In this document: in pieces, positions 39,594 through 48,224 of the stretch
Layout of the letters: each line of letters starts with the position of its first letter
Numbering within the stretch: position 1 is the stretch's first letter
DNA from: an uncultured Calditrichaceae bacterium
Lineage (GTDB): Bacteria > Calditrichota > Calditrichia > Calditrichales > J004
Direction: 5' to 3'
DNA length: 60,200 nucleotides
Assembly (NCBI GenBank): GCA_964456445.1
Contig: CAYWBI010000006.1
Span: 1-60,200 of the forward strand
Notes under the pieces: generated by a model
What the model was told of the DNA's origin: nothing
Databases searched by the model: none
The model's input: only the letters and a program-made list of their open reading frames with translations
Translations under genes and position numbers: made by a program

Positions 39594-39887
39594 TTACTTA
39601 TCCGGTTCTTCATCATAGTAAATATGAATCTTGTTGCTTAGGAGTTCTTCCTGGGCGATAACCGTTGGGTTTATTTCTTTCTCAAATTTCATATCTTCCA
39701 TGAGTTCACGGTCATATATATCGGCTTCATCATACATGTCCACATCGTTGAGGATTTCCTTGGCTTTTTTTTCTTCTACACGGGTAGAGTTGATTTGCCG
39801 GGCCCGTGCGGAAATTACCAGACATGCTTCATAGATATTTAATTTTTTTTTGCGCATTTCTCGTAAATCAATGGTTTGGATTGCCAT
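39594..39887 (-). CDS. rpoZ: DNA-directed RNA polymerase subunit omega (probable)
   Basis: LNIYEACLVISARARQIN resembles the omega core (NRYELV..AAKRARQL). ATG 39887 (MAIQTI) follows a GGAG, and the ORF extends to 39944. Confidence 0.5.
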   Translation of the reverse strand: MAIQTIDLREMRKKKLNIYEACLVISARARQINSTRVEEKKAKEILNDVDMYDEADIYDRELMEDMKFEKEINPTVIAQEELLSNKIHIYYDEEPDK

Positions 39888-40091
39888 TTTAATGTACTCC
39901 ATATTAAATATTAGCTTGGAAATATAATGTTTGCGGGTTAGCATGTCAAAAATATTAATGAAAAACTATCAATTATCCGTTGTTTCCGGTTGATATTTTT
40001 TTTACTTTTATTTAGTATTTAAAGTAGTAAATTATATATCCCTGGCAAAGAGGGGACTTTGAAAACTTATTTTATTAAAATGGAGGGTGTT

Positions 40092-40409
40092 ATGTCTTCG
40101 GAAAGTGGTGGTTTTTTCAGCGGATTGGTTGTTGGTGGTGCCATAGGATTGCTGGCCGGCATCTTGTTTGCCCCAAAAGCCGGACGGGACCTGCGTGAAG
40201 AACTTTTAACAGACAATGAGGATATCCTTGGAAAAGCCAAGGACGAGTTAGATAAAATCCGTGATGATCTGAACGAACTTAAAAATCGTGTTGTAAAACC
40301 TTCCGGCCAAAAGAAACAGCCCCCTGCGCCCGCGGAAACAGATGAAGAACGTGAGTTTGAAGCAGGGATCAATTCGCTTGATGATGAACCCGAAAAAAAG
40401 GAAAAATAA
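40092..40409 (+). CDS. YtxH domain-containing protein
   Basis: GGAIGLLAGILFAPKAGRDLREEL is the YtxH signature. ATG 40092 is preceded by GGAGGG, and the ORF extends to TTG 40059. Confidence 0.75.
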   Translation: MSSESGGFFSGLVVGGAIGLLAGILFAPKAGRDLREELLTDNEDILGKAKDELDKIRDDLNELKNRVVKPSGQKKQPPAPAETDEEREFEAGINSLDDEPEKKEK

Positions 40410-40571
40410 GGTTTGAAGGGGGCAAACATAATTGTTTGCCCCAGGCAGAGAGATAAAGGCCCAATATATGTTTTCACGTTTTTTTGTAAAAATTGAGGGC
40501 CGATAAAAGTTTTGCCCGTGCTATTGGGGGCCGTGCCCCCGGCCGGTTTTACGTAAATAAATTTGAGGATA

Positions 40572-40919
40572 ATGATGATTTGGGAATTTGCGTTTGTAGT
40601 TTTCTTACTTGCCTTAACCGCGCTTGTAATACTTTTGATTCCGGTGGTTCTTCAACTTAAAGATTCCATCGTCAAATTAAATTCAACCCTGGATATGATA
40701 AATAAAGACTTACCGGAAGTCATGTCCAACTTTATGAACGTTTCAAAAAGCCTCACCGTTACCACCGGTAAAATTGAAGAGACAATCGGGCATCTTAACC
40801 AAATGGAAGCAAGCTTTAAACAACAGGTACAAGCGCCCTTAAAGACCATTGGCAACGTCGTTTCTTCCTTGGTTAAAATTTCCAGTTTGCTGTTGTCCCG
40901 CAGGAAATCACGTCGATAA
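40572..40919 (+). CDS. DUF948-like membrane-anchored protein
   Basis: N-terminal TM helix followed by a helical region (LKDSIVKLNSTLDMINKDLPEVMSN). DUF948 genes are typically neighbours of ytxH. Confidence 0.6.
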   Translation: MMIWEFAFVVFLLALTALVILLIPVVLQLKDSIVKLNSTLDMINKDLPEVMSNFMNVSKSLTVTTGKIEETIGHLNQMEASFKQQVQAPLKTIGNVVSSLVKISSLLLSRRKSRR

Positions 40920-41006
40920 TTGTAACGCCATTTGCCGGCAAATATCTGCCTGTCTCGCCGGATATTCAGGGAAAGTAAACCGTTTGATATATTATAAGGA
41001 GTTTTT

Positions 41007-41936
41007 ATGTCTGAAAAAATAGGACAAAAAGTGTGGAAAGATGGTACGTTTATTGATTGGAATGACGCTAATATTCATATAATGTCCCATGTTATACATT
41101 ATGGAACATCGGTATTTGAGGGCATTCGTTGTTATGATACGGATAAAGGGCCGGCAGTATTTCGCTTGCGTGAACACATGCAACGTTTATTAAATTCTGC
41201 GCGTATTTACCGCATGGAACCAGACTATACTGTTGATGAATTATGTGATGCAGTATTGGAGACCATCCGTATAAATGGGTTAAAAGAATGTTATATCCGA
41301 CCGGTTGTCTTTCGCGGTTTTGGGACGTTTGGAGTTAATCCGCTTAACAACCCCATCCGCACGTATATTGCTGTTTGGGAATGGGGAAAGTATCTTGGGC
41401 CCGAAGCACTGGAAAACGGCGTCGATGTATGTGTCTCTTCCTGGAACCGGATTGCGCCGAACACGCTACCGGCCATGGCTAAGGCTGGCGCCAACTATAT
41501 GAACAGCCAACTGATAAAAATGGAAGCGATTGTGAATGGCTTTACCGAAGGCATTGCCCTGGACAGACAGGGTTTCATTGCCGAAGGCAGTGGTGAGAAT
41601 ATTTTCCTTGTAAAGGGTAAAACCGTTTTTACACCGGAACTTAGCAGTGCCATTTTACCAGGGATTACCCGTTCAACAGTTATTGAATTGGTTGATCGCA
41701 TGGGTCTTGCCCTTGCCCGCGAAGCATTGCCCCGCGAAAGTTTGTATATTGCCGATGAAGTCTTTTTCAGCGGCACCGCTGCCGAAATAACCCCGATTCG
41801 TTCGGTTGATAAGATTAATGTGGGCGAAGGGAAACGCGGGCCGGTTACCAAAAAACTGCAGGATATGTTTTTTGATCTTTTTAAAGGAAAAGAACACGCA
41901 CCAGAAGGCTGGTTGATCCCTGTCTATAATAAATGA
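41007..41936 (+). CDS. ilvE: branched-chain amino acid aminotransferase
   Basis: 309 aa. The N-terminus WKDGTFIDWNDANIHIMSHVIHYGTSVFEGIRCYDTDKGPAVFRLREHMQRL is near-collinear with E. coli IlvE. AGGAG RBS. Confidence 0.92.
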   Translation: MSEKIGQKVWKDGTFIDWNDANIHIMSHVIHYGTSVFEGIRCYDTDKGPAVFRLREHMQRLLNSARIYRMEPDYTVDELCDAVLETIRINGLKECYIRPVVFRGFGTFGVNPLNNPIRTYIAVWEWGKYLGPEALENGVDVCVSSWNRIAPNTLPAMAKAGANYMNSQLIKMEAIVNGFTEGIALDRQGFIAEGSGENIFLVKGKTVFTPELSSAILPGITRSTVIELVDRMGLALAREALPRESLYIADEVFFSGTAAEITPIRSVDKINVGEGKRGPVTKKLQDMFFDLFKGKEHAPEGWLIPVYNK

Positions 41937-41954
41937 TAATTTATTATTTGTTAC

Positions 41955-41990
41955 AAAAAACCCCCATTGCAGAACAATGGGGGTTTTTGT
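41955..41990. terminator. bidirectional Rho-independent terminator between convergent ilvE and the S9 peptidase gene
   Basis: AAAAAA-CCCCCATTG-cagaa-CAATGGGGG-TTTTT: a 9-bp GC-rich stem flanked by A- and T-runs. Confidence 0.7.
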
Positions 41991-42070
41991 TTAAGCTAGT
42001 TCGCTATACCGGTACTGTGGAGTATAATTAGTATCTATTACCGCTATGCCTGTGCAAAAAGGTCATCGTT

Positions 42071-44074
42071 TTAATTTAAATATTTTTCAAACCAGCTATG
42101 AACTGTATGCCACCATAAACGGGCATTTTGCGGCTTTCGGACGAAATGGTCCTCATCTGGGAAAAAAAGTAACCGCGACTCTACGCCCTGGCGTTGCAGG
42201 GCCGTAAAAAGTTGCAAGCCCTGAGTGTAGGGCACCCTGTAGTCCTTTTCGCCGTGGATAACCAGCATAGGTGTTTTGAAGTTTGCCACCAATGATGAGG
42301 GTGAGTACTTTTCGTACAGCGCGGGATGGTTCCAGTATAGACCTCTGAATTCCCATTCCGGGAACCATAACTCTTCCGTTGCTCCATACATGCTGCGTTG
42401 GTCAAATACGCCATCATGGGAAACCAGGCATTTGTAGGGGTTGTCATGTCCCTCGATCCAGTTGATCATAAATCCACCGTAAGAAGCGCCCGCGGCGCCC
42501 AAACGATCACCGTCAACATAGGGGAAGTTCTTTATTACATACTGCGTGCCCAGAACCAGGTCTTTATAAGGTGCATCGCCCCAATTGCCGGAAACGGCAT
42601 CCGTGAATTTTTGACCATAACCCACGCTGCCATGAAAGTTGATTACATATACCACATATCCTGGCGCTGCAAACATTTGATAATTCCAGCGATAATGGAA
42701 ATCATCCCCCCATTCGCCCTGCGGCCCGCCATGGATAAGGTGAACAGCCGGATATTGTTTTGCCGGGTTAAAATGGGGTGGTTTGAGAATAAAACCCTGA
42801 ACCGAATCACCAAAGGCCCCTTTAAACCAAAAACTTTCCAGCCGGGAAAGGTCCAGCCCAGCCAGTTTTTTTGTATTGATATGACTAATTTGTGTAAGAA
42901 TGTTTTTTTGTAAATCGTAAGTAAAAAGTTCATAAGGCATTGCGGCGGTCTGGATTTTTAAGACCAGGGTGCCTGGATCGATAAACTTATACCCACCAAT
43001 AAAATGACCCTTTAAGACGGCGCTTATCTTTCCGCTGACAATATCCACTTTATAAAGAGAAATCGCACCGCGTTCTGCAGCGGTAAAATAGATGCTCTTG
43101 TCGCCGGGGGCCCAACTTACATTGTTTGCTGAGAGATTAAAGCTCAGCGTAAGTTCACGTATTTTACCGGAGGAAAGATCCCGTAGCATAATCCGGTAAC
43201 GATCGGCTTCAAATCCCGCGCGGGCCATTGAGCTCCAGGCCAGATAGCGACCATCAGCGGAAAAAGCAGGGCCATTGTCATTGCCGCGATTGTTTGTTAC
43301 TTGGCTGATTTTCCCGTTGGCCAAATCGATGGAAAACAAATCATTGTTTGTACTCGTGGCCACAACCGGGTCGGTGTTACGTACAAATACAACCGTTTTG
43401 CCATCAGGTGAGAATACATAATCATGGCTGCTGCCTAAATCCAACGGTGGTGTATCATAATCACCCGGGGTTATGTCCCTTAGGTTTTTACCGTTTTTGC
43501 CCATAATAAATACGTGTGAGCGATTGCCTTCCAGCCAGCGGTTCCAATGGCGGAAAAAAAGATGGTCAATTAACCGGGCATGGACAACCTTGTTCTTCTG
43601 TCGGTCAAAACTTTCTTCCATGCATTGGGGCGTGTCACAATTAGGGTCCACATCACTGGTAAATAATATATTTTGTCCGTTGGGAGAGAGCACCATACCC
43701 CCGGCGCCGGGTTTAAATTGACTGACCTGATGGGCTTTCCCCCCCTGTACGGGATGTTCCCAAATTTGCCCGGCACGGTTATACAATATATTTTTGCCAT
43801 CCTTGGACCAAACCGGGTCCGAGCAGGAAATCCCTGCAGGGCTTAGCTGATTTTGTTGGCCGGAGGATAAATCTTGTATCCAAACCGTACGGGGAATGTT
43901 ATTGGCCTTGATATCCGGTGTGGCCAGGTCAAAGGCTATGTAGCGGCCATTGGGGCTAACGGAAAAATTGCCCAGACGTTGCATCCTAAAAAAATCATTA
44001 AAGTGTATTTCATGTTTTTGGGCGCTGCTTACACCGATAAAAAATGATAAAAGCAAGATAATGATGAAGCGCAT
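42071..44074 (-). CDS. S9 family serine peptidase (prolyl oligopeptidase / acylaminoacyl-peptidase type)
   Basis: Signal peptide, a WD40-like beta-propeller N-terminal half, the nucleophile motif GASYGGFM, and C-terminal HGEKDYRVP and EDH. Confidence 0.88.
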   Translation of the reverse strand: MRFIIILLLSFFIGVSSAQKHEIHFNDFFRMQRLGNFSVSPNGRYIAFDLATPDIKANNIPRTVWIQDLSSGQQNQLSPAGISCSDPVWSKDGKNILYNRAGQIWEHPVQGGKAHQVSQFKPGAGGMVLSPNGQNILFTSDVDPNCDTPQCMEESFDRQKNKVVHARLIDHLFFRHWNRWLEGNRSHVFIMGKNGKNLRDITPGDYDTPPLDLGSSHDYVFSPDGKTVVFVRNTDPVVATSTNNDLFSIDLANGKISQVTNNRGNDNGPAFSADGRYLAWSSMARAGFEADRYRIMLRDLSSGKIRELTLSFNLSANNVSWAPGDKSIYFTAAERGAISLYKVDIVSGKISAVLKGHFIGGYKFIDPGTLVLKIQTAAMPYELFTYDLQKNILTQISHINTKKLAGLDLSRLESFWFKGAFGDSVQGFILKPPHFNPAKQYPAVHLIHGGPQGEWGDDFHYRWNYQMFAAPGYVVYVINFHGSVGYGQKFTDAVSGNWGDAPYKDLVLGTQYVIKNFPYVDGDRLGAAGASYGGFMINWIEGHDNPYKCLVSHDGVFDQRSMYGATEELWFPEWEFRGLYWNHPALYEKYSPSSLVANFKTPMLVIHGEKDYRVPYTQGLQLFTALQRQGVESRLLFFPDEDHFVRKPQNARLWWHTVHSWFEKYLN

Positions 44075-44084
44075 AGAAAACTCC

Positions 44085-44276
44085 TTATTGGCATTTGATA
44101 ATATTGTTGATTACAAGGTAGGGGATCAGTAAGTAAAGGATAAGGTCACGGATTAGGTAAAACAGGATAAAACCGGCAACAACTTTCCAGCCTTTTTTTT
44201 GTGTAAAGCTTTTGAAGCCCTCCTGCTTGATTATGATGACCCATTCCCTGATAAATTTTGGCGTAAAAGACCGCAT
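44085..44276 (-). CDS. small membrane protein (63 aa), co-transcribed with the S9 peptidase
   Basis: Strong RBS (GGAGGAaatacATG). Its stop is 10 nt before the peptidase ATG. One hydrophobic helix (VVAGFILFYLIRDLILYLLIPYLV). Confidence 0.55.
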   Translation of the reverse strand: MRSFTPKFIREWVIIIKQEGFKSFTQKKGWKVVAGFILFYLIRDLILYLLIPYLVINNIIKCQ

Positions 44277-44485
44277 GTATTTCCTCCGGATAAAAACATA
44301 ATGTATGCAATCCTGATTTTAAATTCTATGCAAAATTACCTGGAAGCAAAATTTGGTGTTTACCGCAGCCGGGCTGAAAATTTTCCCAAGGTTTATTTGG
44401 AAGTTGATCCATGTAAATTTTGAATCTTTGTATGTTTTGTTTTTTGTTATATATTTTGACGTACCCAAATTAAGGCCGTTTATAA

Positions 44486-44851
44486 ATGTGTAAAAAATCG
44501 GACGGAAAATCAGGACGACAATTCCCGGCGAAAGGACATAGAGATAAAAACAGGGTATCCGGGCTTAGGTTTTTTCCTTTTATCCTAAATAAAGTAAAGT
44601 CATTTGTTCATGATGTGGACATAATCCACCGTAAAAAAGCCATCGATGACCTGGAATGGGAAGTGCAGGAGTTAAAACACGTATTTGCCCTGCTTACTGT
44701 GGGTTCTTTTGTCGGGATGCCTGTTGCGCCGCTACCTGTTACCCTGGAATTGCTGCCCGATATCAGAGTTGAGCTTTCGATCATGCTTTTAAAAATTCGT
44801 ACGGCCCAAAACCCGCTTTCGGAACAGTTTTCAAAATTTGACGCGGTATAG
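44486..44851 (+). CDS. hypothetical protein preceding the ArsA-like ATPase
   Basis: 121-aa ORF that stops 3 nt before the ATPase ATG. The start codon is uncertain because the RBS is weak. No family recognised. Confidence 0.4.
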   Translation: MCKKSDGKSGRQFPAKGHRDKNRVSGLRFFPFILNKVKSFVHDVDIIHRKKAIDDLEWEVQELKHVFALLTVGSFVGMPVAPLPVTLELLPDIRVELSIMLLKIRTAQNPLSEQFSKFDAV

Positions 44852-44854
44852 GCC

Positions 44855-45736
44855 ATGCAGCATATATTGTTTTTTATCGGAAAAGGCGGCGTGGGCAAAT
44901 CGACATTGTCTGCTGTAACCGGTGTTGCCCTTGCAACCCAGGGCAAAAATGTTGTGCTTGCCTCTTTGGACCCGGCGCATAATCAGGGCGATATTTTCGG
45001 TACATCGTTTTCAGAAAAAGCCAGGGGCATGGGCGCCGGACTGCGTATCCTTGAGATGGATGGGGACAAGTGGATAAAAAAGTATCTGAAACAAACCGAA
45101 AAACAATTTTTGGCGGCCTATGCCTATCTTACCACTTTTAGCCTGGAAAAACATTTCTCCGTAATCCGGGATGCCCCGGGGATCGAAGCTTATGCGCTAA
45201 CCATGGCCTTTGAGCATATTTGTGATAAATACCCTGATGCCGACTATCTGATTTTTGATATGCCGCCGACCGCGTTGATGCTAAGTTTTTTTGCATTGCC
45301 CGCTGTTTCACTACTCTGGTTGGATAAGCTTTTGACCCTTCGTCTGGAAATCGCGGAAAAAGAAAAAACAATTACCCTTCTGCGGCTGGGTCGCAAAACC
45401 ATTGAAAGGGACCGGGTAATTCAAAATATCGAGGGGCAGAAGGCCCGGTGGTCAAAATTGCAAAAAATTTTCGTATCCGAAAATTTTACCCCTGTGATCG
45501 TTAAAATTCCGGATGTTTTATCACAAGCCGAAACAAGACGGATATATGCCCGTTTACTGGATTTAAACATAAGTAAGACATTGACTTTTCAAAATAAAAG
45601 TAGTGAACAGACATCAAATGATGTTGACTTTAGTTTTCCGTTTTGTCAAAACCTCATCGGATTGGACAGCTTAAAATCATATTGTGCCAAACTGGATATT
45701 TTAAAATTGCAAAAATTAATTGAGGCATGGTCATGA
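44855..45736 (+). CDS. ArsA/GET3-like P-loop ATPase (deviant Walker A, SIMIBI class)
   Basis: GKGGVGKST deviant Walker A, SLDPAHN (ArsA/Get3 A-loop-like), and DMPPTALML in the position of DTAPTGHTL. Confidence 0.7.
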   Translation: MQHILFFIGKGGVGKSTLSAVTGVALATQGKNVVLASLDPAHNQGDIFGTSFSEKARGMGAGLRILEMDGDKWIKKYLKQTEKQFLAAYAYLTTFSLEKHFSVIRDAPGIEAYALTMAFEHICDKYPDADYLIFDMPPTALMLSFFALPAVSLLWLDKLLTLRLEIAEKEKTITLLRLGRKTIERDRVIQNIEGQKARWSKLQKIFVSENFTPVIVKIPDVLSQAETRRIYARLLDLNISKTLTFQNKSSEQTSNDVDFSFPFCQNLIGLDSLKSYCAKLDILKLQKLIEAWS

Positions 45737-47568
45737 GACCTTCAAGCAGGGAAAGTTTCTTTTTTCAACAAGCTATAAGCAGACTTGTACAGGCCGTGAT
45801 CGAAGAAAAATCGTTTGAGCCATTTTTAGGCTGGATTGTCTCATCAAAAGACGTAGTGTATGCAGCGATCGATTCCTTTCAGCTATTTAATCCCAATATT
45901 GATATCCCCGGGGATTGGGATATCTTTTCGCTCCCTCCTGGTGACATAATAAATAAGATAAAAAAATTAAAGCTTAATGCAGAACTTTTTATACCCGGGA
46001 AACTGGAAAAACCTGGCCCGCATTTGACCCTTATCATCCGGAAGGGTTCCTGGTTGGGTCAGAAAAAACATGATGAACAATGGAGCTTACTGCAAACTAC
46101 GGTAAAGTATTTCACCAAAAGCGCATATGTGGCTGAAATTGAAAGCGAGAAACGCTATAAGGCAGTGGTGGAGGCGGCCTCGGATTTGATCGCAATATAT
46201 GTAGATGATGTTATCCGTTATGTCAACCCCTCGGCCGTGCGTATGTTGGGCATGTCCTCCGCGGATGAGATCATTGGCCAATCCCTATATAAATTTGTCC
46301 ATCCGGATTCCATGCCGGTCATTGAACAACGTCGGGAAATATTCCGTCGTGGAGCGTATGGCCCCTTACCGCCAGTCGGAGAAAAACTAATTACACCCTC
46401 CGGTGAAATAAAAGAAATAGAGGTGGTAACCAATGTCATCGAATATTTTGGAAAACTGGCTGTTTTGGCCGTGGGCCGGGACGTTACAAAACGCAAAAGG
46501 GTCGAAGAAGCGCTATTAGAAAGCGAACACCGATACCGGGCATTGGTTGAACGTTCGCCAAATGCAATTATCGTCATCAATCAGCAGAATAATATTATTT
46601 ACCTCAATCCGGGCGGCGTTCATTTGTTGGGCTGCCAAAACAGTCAACCGATAATTGATCGTCATATTTCAGACTTTTTATATGAACTTGATAAAAAGGA
46701 TCTTTTAGGAAAAGCCCGCGGGCAAATGGTGGAAACCGTGTTAAAGCCTATGGACGGGCCTGTAATAGATGTTGAATTGTTGGCAGCGGAAATATCCAGA
46801 ATGGGCGAGTCGGCCATGCAGCTCATTGTTCGGGATATCAGCGCCCGTAAAAAAGCCGAACGCAGCCTCATCGATTCCAAGGAAGAAATGCGCCGTTTGT
46901 TCCGCTATGCCCAGAATGTGGCAGAGATTGAACGCACACATATTTCACGGGAAATACATGACCAGTTGGGGCAATTTCTTACCGGGCTCAAAATGGATGC
47001 GGCATATATCAAAAGGCATTTAAGCCAGGATCAAGCCGCACTGCAAAAAAAAATCACCAATATGAGCGCCCTAATAGATTCCACGATCCACATGGTCCGC
47101 CGAATTTCGTCCAAATTGCGTCCGGAAATATTGGATAATTTTGGCTTGGTGGCTGCACTTGAATGGCAATCGAAAGATTATGAAGAGCGCAGTGGCATCC
47201 AGTGTATTTTTACTGCAAATCCGCCGGGTTTGAATTTGAACAAGGAAATGAACACGGTATTTTTTCGTATTTACCAGGAATTAATGACCAATGTCATCCG
47301 GCATGCACACGCGAAAAATATATATATCCGTTTAGAACAGAATGCACAAATGAACAAGTTAAGCTTGGAGGACGATGGGATAGGCATTGATCTGGACAAA
47401 ATCAACCGTCATGATTCCCTCGGTATCATTGGTATGCGTGAACGTGCCCAGTATTTGAACGGCGATATAATTTTTAAACGGAAAGAAGATGGCGGCACTA
47501 TGGTTATTGTAAGCATACCCCGTATAGATTTGGAGAAAAACGATGATAAAAGTACTCATAGCGGATGA
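45727..47568 (+). CDS. cytoplasmic PAS-PAS sensor histidine kinase (HisKA_3 / NarX-DegS type)
   Basis: Two PAS-like blocks, H-box REIHDQLGQFL (HisKA_3) and an HATPase region (EDDGIGI...GIIGMRERA). No TM segment. Overlaps the ATPase gene by 10 nt. Confidence 0.88.
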   Translation: MVMRPSSRESFFFQQAISRLVQAVIEEKSFEPFLGWIVSSKDVVYAAIDSFQLFNPNIDIPGDWDIFSLPPGDIINKIKKLKLNAELFIPGKLEKPGPHLTLIIRKGSWLGQKKHDEQWSLLQTTVKYFTKSAYVAEIESEKRYKAVVEAASDLIAIYVDDVIRYVNPSAVRMLGMSSADEIIGQSLYKFVHPDSMPVIEQRREIFRRGAYGPLPPVGEKLITPSGEIKEIEVVTNVIEYFGKLAVLAVGRDVTKRKRVEEALLESEHRYRALVERSPNAIIVINQQNNIIYLNPGGVHLLGCQNSQPIIDRHISDFLYELDKKDLLGKARGQMVETVLKPMDGPVIDVELLAAEISRMGESAMQLIVRDISARKKAERSLIDSKEEMRRLFRYAQNVAEIERTHISREIHDQLGQFLTGLKMDAAYIKRHLSQDQAALQKKITNMSALIDSTIHMVRRISSKLRPEILDNFGLVAALEWQSKDYEERSGIQCIFTANPPGLNLNKEMNTVFFRIYQELMTNVIRHAHAKNIYIRLEQNAQMNKLSLEDDGIGIDLDKINRHDSLGIIGMRERAQYLNGDIIFKRKEDGGTMVIVSIPRIDLEKNDDKSTHSG

Positions 47569-48184
47569 TCATGCCATAGTCCGGCGTGGCTTACAGCAAA
47601 TTTTGGACGAGACTGCCGACTTGAAGTTTGTGGATGAAGCTGTAGATGGTTTTGAAGTGCTTGAGAAGGTGCGTTCCATGGACATAGATATTCTGATCCT
47701 CGACATTTCCTTGCCGGGTATAAATGGTTTAGATGTGCTTAAACAATTGCATGTAGAGTTTCCCAAACTTCCTGTATTGGTACTTAGTATTTTTTCGGAG
47801 GATCAGTATGCCATGCGTGTGTTAAAAGCAGGGGCCTGTGGTTATCTTAGTAAAGAAAGTGCACCTGATGAATTGGTCATTGCCTTGCGCCGAATTGCGG
47901 CGGGAGGACGATATGTTAGCAGCTATATGGCGGAAAAACTTGCTTTTGAGTTTTCCAGTGGTGCTAAAAGAGCAGGCAAATTGCCACATGAACTGTTATC
48001 GGACCGTGAGTATCAGGTGTTATGCCTCATTGCGTCCGGTAAGAGCAGCGCACAAATCGCCGATGAACTTAACTTAAGTGTAAAGACTGTTGGGACCTAT
48101 CGTAGCCGTATATTTGAAAAGACTGCCATGAAAAATAATGCTGAATTGACCCATTATGCCTTTAAAAATAAACTAATTCAATAA
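47543..48184 (+). CDS. NarL/FixJ (LuxR-type HTH) family response regulator
   Basis: REC (VLIADDH, LILDISLPGINGLD, GYLSKE) plus the LuxR HTH (LSDREYQVLCLIASGKSSAQIADELNLSVKTVGTYRSRI). Overlaps the kinase gene by 26 nt. Confidence 0.9.
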   Translation: MIKVLIADDHAIVRRGLQQILDETADLKFVDEAVDGFEVLEKVRSMDIDILILDISLPGINGLDVLKQLHVEFPKLPVLVLSIFSEDQYAMRVLKAGACGYLSKESAPDELVIALRRIAAGGRYVSSYMAEKLAFEFSSGAKRAGKLPHELLSDREYQVLCLIASGKSSAQIADELNLSVKTVGTYRSRIFEKTAMKNNAELTHYAFKNKLIQ

Positions 48185-48224
48185 TCGCATTTAAAGCGCA
48201 TAAAAAGTGAGCAATTTAATATTG

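Noticed and set aside
40067-40477. 136-aa minus-strand ORF opposite ytxH
   Set aside because: The plus-strand frame has the YtxH signature and a GGAGGG RBS. The antisense ORF is a Ser/Pro-rich low-complexity artefact.
42153-42933. Several ORFs (71-171 aa) inside or antisense to the S9 peptidase gene
   Set aside because: The peptidase frame is continuous over 667 aa with catalytic motifs. The others are shadow ORFs.
44199-44423. 74-aa plus-strand ORF overlapping the small minus-strand gene 44085..44276
   Set aside because: It has a TTG start without an RBS. The minus-strand ORF has a strong GGAGGA RBS and is coupled to the peptidase gene, so I preferred the minus-strand call.
46087-47559. 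Antisense and alternative-frame ORFs (61-120 aa) within the PAS histidine kinase gene
   Set aside because: They are nested in a motif-supported CDS and have no independent signals.
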